NCBI GenBank assembly: GCA_020847075.1
Contig: JADLCS010000046.1
Location: forward strand, 6,295-70,294
Direction: 5' to 3'
DNA: 64,000 nucleotides
From: Gammaproteobacteria bacterium
Lineage (GTDB): Bacteria; Pseudomonadota; Gammaproteobacteria; SZUA-140
The position numbers were made by a program, and so were the translations under genes. Below are positions 43,436 to 52,474 of this stretch, in pieces (the stretch's first letter is position 1; the number at the start of each line of letters is the position of its first letter). The notes under the pieces are model-generated. The model was not told the DNA's origin. It ran no database searches and saw only the letters and a list, made by a program, of their open reading frames with translations.

Positions 43436-45301
43436 ATGCGCCGATTTACCACCCTGCAATTCCTCGCCCCCGCGATCATAGCACTCGTCATCACCGGATG
43501 CGCCCTGGACGCGGATAAAGGCGGCGTCAGATCGACCGAACACGAGGCGCTGCAACGGGCGCAGCGGGCGGAACAGACCGGCGACTATGAGGCGGCGGCG
43601 CGCGAATACACCTCGCTCGCGGCGCAGCTCTCCGAACTGAAACGTCCGGCCTATCTGCTACGCGCGGCCGGGGTGCTGCTGCGCGGCAATCACATCGAAC
43701 AGGCGCGGCGGACGCTCGACGGCATCGATCCCGGCACGCTCAATCCCCACCAGCGCGCGCAGTACCGGATCGCCGCGGCGCGCATCGCGCTGGCGGACAA
43801 CAAACCGCAGGCGGCGCTCGACGCCCTGCGGGAGGATCCGCCCGCCGACGCCCCCGCCGCCGTGCGCTCCGATCTGTACGAGCTGCGCGCCGACGCCTAC
43901 CAGCGCCTGGGCAAACTGGCGGAATCCGCCCGTCAGCGCGTCCTGCGCGAACCGTTCATCGATCCCGCCGAACGGGAGGCCCTGGCCCGCAACCGCCAGG
44001 CCATCTGGCAGACCCTCATCCGGCTCCCCGCCGAGACCCTGGCCGCGATCAGGACCGAACCGGCGCCGGACGCCTTCGGCGGGTGGGTGCAACTGGCGCA
44101 GATCGCCAAGTCGCCCCCCGCGGGCGACAGCGCCGCCCGGATCGATCGCTGGCGCACGCTCTACCCGGAACATCCGGCCGCGCCGGAGATCGTCGACCTG
44201 GTGCTGGCGCGCGGACAGCAGGAGATCCGGCGCCCGAACCGGATCGCCCTGCTGTTGCCGCTGAGCGGCGGCGTGAAAGAGCTCGCCGAGGCCTTGCGCG
44301 ACGGTTTTTTCGCCGCGCATTACCAGCGCGGCAACCCGGACTATACGCCGGTCATCCGCGTCTACGATTCCGGCGCCGAACCGGACAGCGCCGCCCAGGC
44401 CTACGCCCGGGCAGTGGAGGACGGCAACGAATTCGTGGTCGGCCCCCTGGTCAAGCAGTCCGTCAACCGGATCGTCCGCAACGGCCGTTTCCCCGTCCCC
44501 ACCCTGAACCTGAATTACAGCGACACGGACCGTTCGGGCAACGGCCGGCTGTACCAGTTCGGCCTGGCGCCGGAAGACGAGGCGCGCCAGGTGTCGGAGC
44601 GGGCGTGGCTCGACGGACACAATCACGCCCTCGCCATCGCGCCGGAAGGCGAATGGGGCGACCGGGTCCTGCAGGCCTTCGCCGACGACTGGCGACAGCA
44701 CGGCGGCCTCCTGCTCGAGACACAGCGTTACCCGGCGGACAACAACGACTTCTCCGCCCAGATCGAACCGCTGCTCGATCTGGACGAGAGCGTGCGCCGG
44801 CGCCAGGCGCTGGAAAAGGTCCTGCAGTCGGCGGTGAAGTTCGAGCCGCGGCGGCGCCAGGACGCGGACGTCGTATTCATGGCGGCCTTCCCGCGCCAGG
44901 GCCGGCTGATCCGGCCCCAGTTGAAGTTCCACTATGCGGGCGATCTGGCGATATACAGCACCTCACACGTCTTCAGCGGCGTGCGCAACCAGAACGCGGA
45001 CCGCGACATGGACGATGTGATCTTCTGCGACCTCCCCTGGGTGCTGTCCGAGGATGGCGGCAACGCCCTCAAGTCCAGAATCGCCCGGCTCTGGCCCGAG
45101 AGCTTCCAGCAATACACCCGCTTCTACGCGCTGGGCATCGATGCCTACAACATCATCCCGTATCTCGACAACCTGAGACAGTTCCATTACGAACAATACG
45201 GCGGCGAGACGGGCGTGCTCCATCTCGACGAGAACAACCGTCTGTACCGGCAACTCCAGTGGGCCCGTTTCGGCAACGGACTGCCCCGGCCCTACAACTG
45301 A
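43436..45301 (+). CDS. lpoA: penicillin-binding protein activator LpoA (LppC/YraM family lipoprotein)
   Basis: Lipobox MRRFTTLQFLAPAIIALVITGC, then an N-terminal TPR-like region and a C-terminal periplasmic-binding-protein-like domain. Conserved position after rsmI. ATG 43436 lies inside tracked ORF 43397..45301. Confidence 0.88.
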   Translation: MRRFTTLQFLAPAIIALVITGCALDADKGGVRSTEHEALQRAQRAEQTGDYEAAAREYTSLAAQLSELKRPAYLLRAAGVLLRGNHIEQARRTLDGIDPGTLNPHQRAQYRIAAARIALADNKPQAALDALREDPPADAPAAVRSDLYELRADAYQRLGKLAESARQRVLREPFIDPAEREALARNRQAIWQTLIRLPAETLAAIRTEPAPDAFGGWVQLAQIAKSPPAGDSAARIDRWRTLYPEHPAAPEIVDLVLARGQQEIRRPNRIALLLPLSGGVKELAEALRDGFFAAHYQRGNPDYTPVIRVYDSGAEPDSAAQAYARAVEDGNEFVVGPLVKQSVNRIVRNGRFPVPTLNLNYSDTDRSGNGRLYQFGLAPEDEARQVSERAWLDGHNHALAIAPEGEWGDRVLQAFADDWRQHGGLLLETQRYPADNNDFSAQIEPLLDLDESVRRRQALEKVLQSAVKFEPRRRQDADVVFMAAFPRQGRLIRPQLKFHYAGDLAIYSTSHVFSGVRNQNADRDMDDVIFCDLPWVLSEDGGNALKSRIARLWPESFQQYTRFYALGIDAYNIIPYLDNLRQFHYEQYGGETGVLHLDENNRLYRQLQWARFGNGLPRPYN

Positions 45302-45308
45302 AGCGCCG

Positions 45309-45698
45309 ATGATACGCCTCAGCATCGCCGACGGTGACTCCGACGCGCGCGCGCTGGGACACCGCGCCGAAGAGGCCGCCTGCCGCTTCCTGCTCGACCG
45401 GGGGCTCAGCCTGCTGGAACGCAATTATCGCCATCGGCGCGGGGAAATAGACCTGATCATGCAGGAAAAAACCTGTATCGTATTCGTCGAGGTGCGCTGC
45501 CGCAGCAGCGCCCGTTATGGCAGCGCGCTGGAAAGCGTCGACCGGAGAAAACAGGAAAAACTGATCGCCGCCGCCCAGCACTATCTGCAGACCCATGCGC
45601 GCGCGGCAAAATATTCCGCCCGTTTCGATGTCATATCCGTCACCCCGGACGCGCGCGCGACGGACATCGCCTGGGTCAAGGACGCATTCGGCGCCTGA
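45309..45698 (+). CDS. yraN: YraN family (UPF0102) endonuclease-like protein
   Basis: 129 aa; G..AE..A..FL...G...LERNYR.RRGEIDLI....T.VFVEVR pattern. Confidence 0.85.
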   Translation: MIRLSIADGDSDARALGHRAEEAACRFLLDRGLSLLERNYRHRRGEIDLIMQEKTCIVFVEVRCRSSARYGSALESVDRRKQEKLIAAAQHYLQTHARAAKYSARFDVISVTPDARATDIAWVKDAFGA

Positions 45699-45736
45699 GC
45701 GACGCCGCGGGATCACTACAGGAGGATCGCAGCACC

Positions 45737-46315
45737 ATGATACGCAACTGCTTGGCTCTGGCACTGGCGGCGCTCGCGCTCGGCCCGTGCGCCGGCTGCG
45801 TCGCGCCGGTACTGGGGGCCGGCGCGGCGGCCGGGGCCACGCTGGCCACCGACAAGCGCACGACCGGCGCCGTGCTCGACGACCAGGCGATCGAATTGAA
45901 GGCCAGCGGGGAGATCAACGCGGACGAAACCCTCAAGGGCGCGTATGTCTCCGTCACCAGCTACAACCGGGTCGTCCTCCTGACCGGCCAGGTGCCGTCG
46001 CAGGAACTGCGCGACCGGGTGATCGCCCACGTCAACACCGTCGACAAGGTGCGCTCGATCCACGACGAGCTGACGCTCGGCCCGGCCACCGGCATGAAGC
46101 AGCGCGGCATCGATTCCCTCACCACGGCCAAGGTGAAAAGCCGCCTGCTGGGCGAGCAGGGGCTGCCCTCGGTCCACACCAAGGTGGTGACCGACAACGG
46201 CGTGGTCTATCTGATGGGCATGGCCAAACACAATGACGCCCAGTACGTCGCCCGCATCGTCCAGCAGGTCGACGGCGTCAAGCGCGTCGTGCTGGTCGTC
46301 GAGTACCTCGATTAA
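45737..46315 (+). CDS. dual-BON-domain lipoprotein (DolP/YraP-like)
   Basis: 192 aa; lipobox LALGPCAGC and two BON-like repeats (..VTSYNRVVLLTGQV.. and ..VVTDNGVVYLMGM..). Confidence 0.85.
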   Translation: MIRNCLALALAALALGPCAGCVAPVLGAGAAAGATLATDKRTTGAVLDDQAIELKASGEINADETLKGAYVSVTSYNRVVLLTGQVPSQELRDRVIAHVNTVDKVRSIHDELTLGPATGMKQRGIDSLTTAKVKSRLLGEQGLPSVHTKVVTDNGVVYLMGMAKHNDAQYVARIVQQVDGVKRVVLVVEYLD

Positions 46316-46322
46316 GGGGGCG

Positions 46323-47711
46323 ATGTCTCCGGAGTTCATCAGCGCGCTGGCCGGCGTCGTCGGGGACGGCAACGTCCTGCGCGATCCCGCCGACTGCTGG
46401 CCCTACGGCTACGACAACAGTCGCCGCCACCACCTTCCCGACGCCGTCGCCTTCGCCACCACCCACGCGCAGGTATGCGAGATCCTGCGGCTGTGCAATC
46501 GCGCGGACATCCCCGTGGTGGCGCGCGGCCGCGGCACCGGCACCACCGGGGCCACGGTGCCGACGCGCGGCGGCCTGGTGCTGTCGCTGGAACGCATGAA
46601 CCGCATCCTGCGCGTCGCGCCCGAGGACCGGCTGATGGTGGTCGAACCCGGCGTCACCAATCAGGAGGTGCAGCAGGCCGCCGCCGGCGCGGGTTTCTTC
46701 TGGCCGCCGGACCCCACCAGCGCCGCGTATTGCACCATCGGCGGCAACCTCGCGTACAACTCGGCCGGCCCCCGCAGCGTCAAGTACGGCACGCCGCGCG
46801 AAAACGTGCTCGGGCTGCGCGCCGTGACCGGCGCCGGCGCCGAGATCCGGACCGGAGTTTTCACCAGCAAGGGCGTGGTGGGTTATGACCTGACCCGGCT
46901 GCTGATCGGATCGGAAGGCACGCTCGCCGTGATCACCGAGGCGACGCTGAAGCTGACCCCGCTCCCCGAGGCGCGCCGCACCATGCAGGCCGTGTACGAT
47001 TCCATCCACGCGGCGGCGCAGGCGGTTTCCCGCATCATGGCGCAGCCGGTCACGCCCTGCGCGCTCGAATTCATCGACGCGCGCGCCATCGAGATGATCC
47101 GCGACTATTCCAGCGCCGCCCTGCCGGCCGGCGCGGGGGCCATGCTGATGATCGAGGTGGACGGGCCGGGAGTGGCGATGGACGCCGCGGTCGCCGCCCT
47201 CCGGGCGGCCTGCGCCCTGCCCGGGCTGGTCAGTTTCGAGGCAGCGGCGAATCCGGCGGAGACCGCGGCACTGTGGGCGACGCGCAAGGCGCTGTCGCCG
47301 GCCCTGCGCAAGGTGGCGCCCAAGAAGATCAACGAGGATGTGGTGGTGCCGGTATCGCGTATCCCGCGCCTCATCGGCGGGCTGGAGCGCCTGTCCGCCG
47401 AGTTCGGAGTAACCATCGTGAACTTCGGCCACGCCGGCAATGGCAACATCCACGTCAATCTGCTCGTCGACCCGGACGACGCGCCACAGATGGATCGGGC
47501 GCACGCCTGTCTGTCGCGGGTGTTCGATCTGGTGCTGGAACTCGACGGCACGCTCTCGGGCGAGCACGGTGTGGGGCTGGAAAAGCGCGACTACATCGAT
47601 CGCGAGATCGACCCGGTCACGCTGGACCTGATGCGACGCCTGAAGCGGGAATTCGACCCGCGCGGGATCCTCAATCCGGACAAGATGTTTCCGGTGATGG
47701 GTGATGGGTGA
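46323..47711 (+). CDS. FAD-linked oxidase, GlcD / D-lactate dehydrogenase family
   Basis: 462 aa from ATG 46323; FAD-binding PCMH domain text (PVVARGRGTGTTGA, GGNLAYNSAG) and the C-terminal ..GTLSGEHGVG..K. No glcE or glcF next to it. Confidence 0.85.
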   Translation: MSPEFISALAGVVGDGNVLRDPADCWPYGYDNSRRHHLPDAVAFATTHAQVCEILRLCNRADIPVVARGRGTGTTGATVPTRGGLVLSLERMNRILRVAPEDRLMVVEPGVTNQEVQQAAAGAGFFWPPDPTSAAYCTIGGNLAYNSAGPRSVKYGTPRENVLGLRAVTGAGAEIRTGVFTSKGVVGYDLTRLLIGSEGTLAVITEATLKLTPLPEARRTMQAVYDSIHAAAQAVSRIMAQPVTPCALEFIDARAIEMIRDYSSAALPAGAGAMLMIEVDGPGVAMDAAVAALRAACALPGLVSFEAAANPAETAALWATRKALSPALRKVAPKKINEDVVVPVSRIPRLIGGLERLSAEFGVTIVNFGHAGNGNIHVNLLVDPDDAPQMDRAHACLSRVFDLVLELDGTLSGEHGVGLEKRDYIDREIDPVTLDLMRRLKREFDPRGILNPDKMFPVMGDG

Positions 47712-47826
47712 TGGGTGATGGGTGATGGGTGATGGGTGATGGGTGATGGACAAAGAGTGAAGTACGCCCAGGACAGGCGGTCAAGTGTCTTAATCACCCA
47801 TTACTCATCACCCATCCCCATCATTT
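47693..47826. repeat. (GGTGATG)x8 perfect tandem array, 43-nt core, then five degenerate inverted CATCACC units
   Basis: Counted unit by unit: 47693-47748 is eight exact GGTGATG. 47792-47826 reads AATCACC CATTACT CATCACC CATCCCC ATCATTT. Confidence 0.9.
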
Positions 47827-48228
47827 GACCACCTGCAGCCGCGGCTTGCCCGGCTTGGGCGCGCCGGAAGGCGGCTGCGGTTGCGGGGGCGGCGGGGCGT
47901 CGCCGCCGTTTTCGTCCTGCCCGAACACCATGCCCTTGCCGTTCTCCTTCGCGTAGATCGCGAGCACGGCGGACACCGGGATGACGATCTCCTGGCTGCG
48001 CCCGCCGAAGCGCGCCTGGAACAGGATCCACTCGTTGTCCTGATGATAGTCGCTCACGGCGCGCGCGCTGATGTTCAGGATGATCTTGCCGTTCTCGATG
48101 TATTGCTCCGGCACGCGCGTCCCCGGGACGGCAGTGTTCACCAGCAGATGCGGCGTCAGCCCGTTGTCGACGATCCATTGATGGATGGCGCGCAGGATAT
48201 AGGGCCGGCTGGAGGTCATGGCGGTCAT
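47821..48228 (-). CDS. sspB: ClpXP adaptor SspB (stringent starvation protein B)
   Basis: SRPYILRAIHQWIVDNGLTPHLLVN.. with an acidic/Pro-rich linker and a basic tail. ATG 48228 is preferred over the TTG at 48246 in the track; the start is uncertain (48219 is also possible). Confidence 0.9.
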   Translation of the reverse strand: MTAMTSSRPYILRAIHQWIVDNGLTPHLLVNTAVPGTRVPEQYIENGKIILNISARAVSDYHQDNEWILFQARFGGRSQEIVIPVSAVLAIYAKENGKGMVFGQDENGGDAPPPPQPQPPSGAPKPGKPRLQVVK

Positions 48229-48256
48229 GGGGCGGGGGAAACGCAAACGGAATCGT

Positions 48257-48883
48257 CTATTTGACGAATTCCTGCTCGACCTCGGTCAGACTGCCCAGAA
48301 AGGAGGCGCGCTTGAAGATGCGCTCAGCATACCGCATGACCGGTTTCGCCTGCGCCGGGATCTCCACGCCGTAATGCGGGAGACGCCACAGGATCGGCCC
48401 CATGCTGCATTCGATCAGCCCGAACTCGTCGCTCATGAAATAGGGCTTCTTCACCAGCATCGGCGCCAGCATGGTCAGGTCGTCGCGCAGCGCCTTGCGG
48501 GCCTTCTCCGCCTTGTCGCGCTCGCTGCCGGTGAGATCGGCGATCATGCTGTACCAGTCCACGTCGATGCGATGCAGCATCATGCGCGTGCGCGCGCGCG
48601 AGACCGGGTCCACCGGCATCAGCGGCGGATGCGGGAAGCGCTCGTCGAGATACTCCATGATGATCAGCGAGTCGTACAGCACCAGGTCGCGGTCGACCAG
48701 CGTGGGCACCGTGTTGTACGCGTTGATGTCGATGAGATCTTCCGGAGGATTGTTGACATCGACGTCGACGACATCGGCGGAAATGCCCTTTTCGGAGAGA
48801 ACGATGCGGACGCGATGACTGAGCGGGCAATCGGCCCGCGAATAGAGCGTCATCACGGGTCTGCGCGCGGCTGATATCGCCAT
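48257..48883 (-). CDS. sspA: stringent starvation protein A (GST-like)
   Basis: 208 aa; MTLYSRADCPLSHRVRIVLSEKGI.. GST N-terminal fold. Located directly upstream of sspB. Confidence 0.93.
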   Translation of the reverse strand: MAISAARRPVMTLYSRADCPLSHRVRIVLSEKGISADVVDVDVNNPPEDLIDINAYNTVPTLVDRDLVLYDSLIIMEYLDERFPHPPLMPVDPVSRARTRMMLHRIDVDWYSMIADLTGSERDKAEKARKALRDDLTMLAPMLVKKPYFMSDEFGLIECSMGPILWRLPHYGVEIPAQAKPVMRYAERIFKRASFLGSLTEVEQEFVK

Positions 48884-49019
48884 TTAAGATGGATCTCCCC
48901 AATATGATTTACGCGGTAGAACCGGCTGGCCAGAATATAGCATATCCGCCGGATGGGCGTCACAAAGCCGACGCCCGTGCGCGGGGTCTTGACTCAAGGG
49001 GAGGCCGCCCGGCCCGGGC

Positions 49020-49790
49020 CTAAAAACCGCGCGCCGCGCGTATCCTTTCGTAGGCCTTGCGGATTTCGTGTGTCTTCTGGCTCGCCAGCCTCATCATCTC
49101 CTCCGGCAGGCCCTTGGCGACCAGCTTGTCCGGATGATGCTGATTCAGCAGACGCCGATAGGCGCGCTTGATCTCGTCGTCGCCCGCCTGCGGCGACACG
49201 TCGAGCACCGCGTAGGCGCCGGCGAGATCGTCCCCGCGGGCAGCGCCCGCGCGCGGGCGTCTCCCGTGCGCATCGCGCACCATCGCGTCCAGATGATCGA
49301 ACTGCGTGGGCGTGATGCCGAGACGGGAACAGATATGCAGCAGGACGGCGCGCTCCGCCGGGTGCAGCACGCCATCCACATAGGCCGCCTGCAGCAGGAC
49401 CTCGATGAACATCCGCAGCAGCAGCCGGCTGCGGTGACATTCGCGTTTGAACTGATCGAGCACCTCGTCGAGGGCGAAGCCCGGCGCCTTGCCCTGGCGA
49501 AACAGGTTCTTCGCCAGGGCGCGCAACTCGTCCCCCAGTTGCATCTGCGCCATGACCGTCTCGGCGAGGCGGATCTCGTCCCGCGTGACCCGTCCGTCCG
49601 CCTTGGCCAGATGGCCCAGCACGGAGAACGTCGCGGTGAAGAACGCGGTCTGCGTACGTTCACGGGCGCTGGGGGACCCGCGCCGGCGGGCATCGACCGT
49701 GTGGCCGAGCGCCGCGCCGACCAGCGCGCCGAGGGGTCCCCCGAGCGCGAAACCGAAGCTTCCACCCAGGAGCTTGCCCCACCAGCTCAT
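49020..49790 (-). CDS. djlA: co-chaperone DjlA (TM anchor, TerB-like domain, C-terminal J domain)
   Basis: 256 aa; N-terminal Gly-rich TM (WGKLLGGSFGFALGGPLGALVGAALG) and a C-terminal J domain with HPD (YRRLLNQHHPDKL). Confidence 0.88.
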   Translation of the reverse strand: MSWWGKLLGGSFGFALGGPLGALVGAALGHTVDARRRGSPSARERTQTAFFTATFSVLGHLAKADGRVTRDEIRLAETVMAQMQLGDELRALAKNLFRQGKAPGFALDEVLDQFKRECHRSRLLLRMFIEVLLQAAYVDGVLHPAERAVLLHICSRLGITPTQFDHLDAMVRDAHGRRPRAGAARGDDLAGAYAVLDVSPQAGDDEIKRAYRRLLNQHHPDKLVAKGLPEEMMRLASQKTHEIRKAYERIRAARGF

Positions 49791-49851
49791 CGCGCCGCCC
49801 CGCGGGCCGGGCGGCTGGAGGCAAATTCATCGACCGGCATGGCTGTCCTCG

Positions 49852-50793
49852 TCATCTCATGGGCGGGGATGTCGCCTCCGCCTCCTGGCCCGGCGGATGC
49901 CACAGCGCGGCGGCCTCCTCCAGTACAAACGATTTGAATGCCTGTGCGACCGGGGAGAAACGCTTGCCCGCCCGATGGACGATATACCACTGGCGCATGA
50001 TGGGAAAGCCCTCCACGTCGAGCACGGCGAGGCGTCCGGTCTCGAGCTCGAGTTCGAGCGTGTGGATGGAGACGATCCCCAGTCCCAACCCGGCCTGCAC
50101 CGCCTGCTGCACCGCCTCGTTACTGCGCATCTCCATACCGGTCCTGAGCCGCACGCCGTGCTCCGCGAAGAATCGCTCCATCGCGCTGCGCGTGCCCGAC
50201 GCGGGCTCACGCACTACGAAGCTGTCGCCCTGCAGATCGGCCAGCGGAATACGCCGACGCCGGATGAACGGATGATCCGGCGCGGCGATGACCACCAGCG
50301 GGTTGTCCATGAACGGCTCGGCGACCAGATCCAGCTCTTCCGGTGGCTGGCCCATGATCACGAGGTCCGTTTCATTGTTCTCCAGGGCGTGCAGCAGACC
50401 CTCGCGGTTGGTGACGTTGAGACTGACGGTGAGCTGCTCCACCCGTCGGCTGAAGGTAGCGATCAGGTGCGTGGCGAAATAGTTCGCGGTACTCGCCACC
50501 GCCAGATTCAGGCGTCCGCGCTGCATCCCCTTCATCTGTTCCAGCGCCGCCTCGGTGTCGTCGAGCTGCTGCTGGATCACCCGGCTGCATTGATAGACCT
50601 CCTGCCCCGCCTCGGTCAGATGAATACCCCGCCCCAGTTGCTCGAACAGGTGCAGACCGACGTTTTCCTCCAATTGCTTGATCTGCATGGAGACCGCGGG
50701 CTGAGAGAGGTGCAGTTCCTCGGCCGCCCGGGTGTAGCTCATGTGGCGCGCAACCGAGGCGAAGACCTTGAGCTGACGCAGCGTGACGTGCAT
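49852..50793 (-). CDS. cbbR: LysR-family transcriptional regulator, CbbR-like (divergent from cbbL)
   Basis: 313 aa; HTH text LRQLKVFASVARHMSYTRAAEELHLSQPAVSMQIKQLE. Divergent placement from the RuBisCO operon is the classical cbbR arrangement. Confidence 0.88.
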   Translation of the reverse strand: MHVTLRQLKVFASVARHMSYTRAAEELHLSQPAVSMQIKQLEENVGLHLFEQLGRGIHLTEAGQEVYQCSRVIQQQLDDTEAALEQMKGMQRGRLNLAVASTANYFATHLIATFSRRVEQLTVSLNVTNREGLLHALENNETDLVIMGQPPEELDLVAEPFMDNPLVVIAAPDHPFIRRRRIPLADLQGDSFVVREPASGTRSAMERFFAEHGVRLRTGMEMRSNEAVQQAVQAGLGLGIVSIHTLELELETGRLAVLDVEGFPIMRQWYIVHRAGKRFSPVAQAFKSFVLEEAAALWHPPGQEAEATSPPMR

Positions 50794-50799
50794 GTCGCC

Positions 50800-50870
50800 A
50801 ATATATAAGGTTTAACTTATGTAATCAATTAATAATATTGATTTTACATTATATGTTGAGTTCCTATAAT
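50800..50870. promoter_or_regulatory. back-to-back cbbR / cbbL promoters with a central dyad
   Basis: Plus strand: TTTACA (50843-50848), 16 nt, TATAAT (50865-50870), driving cbbL. Minus strand: TTGATT (50828-50823), 17 nt, TATATT (50805-50800), only 6 nt from the cbbR ATG. The dyad ATCAAT-N7-ATTGAT lies at 50824-50842. Confidence 0.55.
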
Positions 50871-51047
50871 CGTTCGCATCCCGCCGACATGAACGGGCAC
50901 CAGGCGGCCGGGAGGGGGGTGCGGACACTCAATACCGTGAAGACGCGGGCACCCGCAAGACAGGGCCCGGCCGGGGATGGATACAAACAGGCATCCGGTC
51001 GCGTCAAGCGGCACAACATCATCAACTAGCGCTCAGGAGAACTGGCC

Positions 51048-52469
51048 ATGGCAGTGAAAACCTACAAAGCAGGAGTGAAGGAATACCGCGAAACCTACTG
51101 GATGCCGGAATACACCCCGGCGGCGACCGATATCCTCGCCTGCTTCAAGATCACCCCGCAGGCCGGCGTTCCGCGCGAAGAGGCCGCCGCCGCCGTCGCC
51201 GCGGAGAGCTCGACCGGCACCTGGACCACGGTGTGGACCGACCTGCTGACCGACCTCGACTATTACAAGGGCCGCGCCTACGCCATTGAAGACGTACCGG
51301 GCGACGACGAGTCCTTCTACGCCTTCATCGCCTACCCGATCGACCTGTTCGAAGAGGGCTCGGTGGTCAACGTCTTCACCTCGCTGGTCGGCAACGTGTT
51401 CGGCTTCAAGGCCGTGCGCCACCTGCGCCTGGAAGACGTGCGCTTCCCGATCGCCTACGTGAAGACCTGCGGCGGTCCGCCCCAGGGCATCCAGGTCGAG
51501 CGCGACATCATGAACAAGTACGGCCGTCCGCTGCTGGGCTGCACCATCAAACCCAAGCTCGGCCTGTCGGCCAAGAACTACGGCCGCGCCGTGTACGAGT
51601 GTCTGCGCGGCGGTCTCGACTTCACCAAGGACGACGAGAACGTCAACTCGCAGCCGTTCATGCGCTGGCGCACGCGCTTCGACTTCGTCATGGACGCCAT
51701 CCACAAGTCCGAGAAGGAGACCGGCGAGCGCAAGGGTCACTACCTGAACGTCACCGCCCCGACGCCGGAAGAGATGTACAAGCGCGCGGAATACGCCAAG
51801 GAGATCGGCGCCCCGATCATCATGCACGACTACATCACCGGCGGCTTCTGCGCCAACACGGGCCTGGCCAACTGGTGCCGCGACAACGGCATGCTGCTGC
51901 ACATCCACCGCGCCATGCACGCCGTGCTCGACCGCCATCCCAAGCACGGCATCCACTTCCGCGTGCTGGCCAAGATCCTGCGTCTGTCCGGCGGCGACCA
52001 CCTGCACACCGGCACCGTGGTCGGCAAGCTGGAAGGCGACCGCGCCGCGACCCTGGGCTGGATCGACCTGCTGCGCGACCGTTACATCAAGGAAGACCGC
52101 AGCCGCGGTATCTTCTTCGATCAGGACTGGGGTTCCATGCCCGGCGTCTTCGCCGTCGCCTCCGGCGGCATCCACGTCTGGCACATGCCGGCGCTGGTCA
52201 CCATCTTTGGTAACGACTCGGTGCTCCAGTTCGGCGGCGGCACGCTCGGCCATCCGTGGGGTAACGCCGCGGGCGCGGCGGCCAACCGTGTGGCGCTCGA
52301 GGCCTGCGTCGAGGCCCGCAACCAGGGCCGTGCGCTGGAGAAGGAAGGCAAGGAGATCCTGACCAACGCCGCCAAGAGCAGCCCCGAGCTGAAGATGGCG
52401 CTGGAGACCTGGAAGGAGATCAAGTTCGAGTTCGACACGGTGGACAAGCTGGACGTGGCGCACAAGTGA
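51048..52469 (+). CDS. cbbL: RuBisCO large subunit, form I (green-type, IA-like)
   Basis: 473 aa; ..[10 protein letters not shown].., ..[13 protein letters not shown].., and the active-site region [19 protein letters not shown] with the carbamylated-Lys context. AGGAGA lies 8 nt upstream. Confidence 0.98.
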   Translation: MAVKTYKAGVKEYRETYWMPEYTPAATDILACFKITPQAGVPREEAAAAVAAESSTGTWTTVWTDLLTDLDYYKGRAYAIEDVPGDDESFYAFIAYPIDLFEEGSVVNVFTSLVGNVFGFKAVRHLRLEDVRFPIAYVKTCGGPPQGIQVERDIMNKYGRPLLGCTIKPKLGLSAKNYGRAVYECLRGGLDFTKDDENVNSQPFMRWRTRFDFVMDAIHKSEKETGERKGHYLNVTAPTPEEMYKRAEYAKEIGAPIIMHDYITGGFCANTGLANWCRDNGMLLHIHRAMHAVLDRHPKHGIHFRVLAKILRLSGGDHLHTGTVVGKLEGDRAATLGWIDLLRDRYIKEDRSRGIFFDQDWGSMPGVFAVASGGIHVWHMPALVTIFGNDSVLQFGGGTLGHPWGNAAGAAANRVALEACVEARNQGRALEKEGKEILTNAAKSSPELKMALETWKEIKFEFDTVDKLDVAHK

Positions 52470-52474
52470 TAACC

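Noticed and set aside
47591-47797. Minus-strand ORF translating the heptamer array as repeated HHPSPIT peptide; also considered whether the array could be a CRISPR
   Set aside because: The ORF is antisense to the oxidase 3' end, has no SD, and exists only because CATCACC lacks stops in that frame. A 7-nt unit with no spacers and no cas genes is not a CRISPR.
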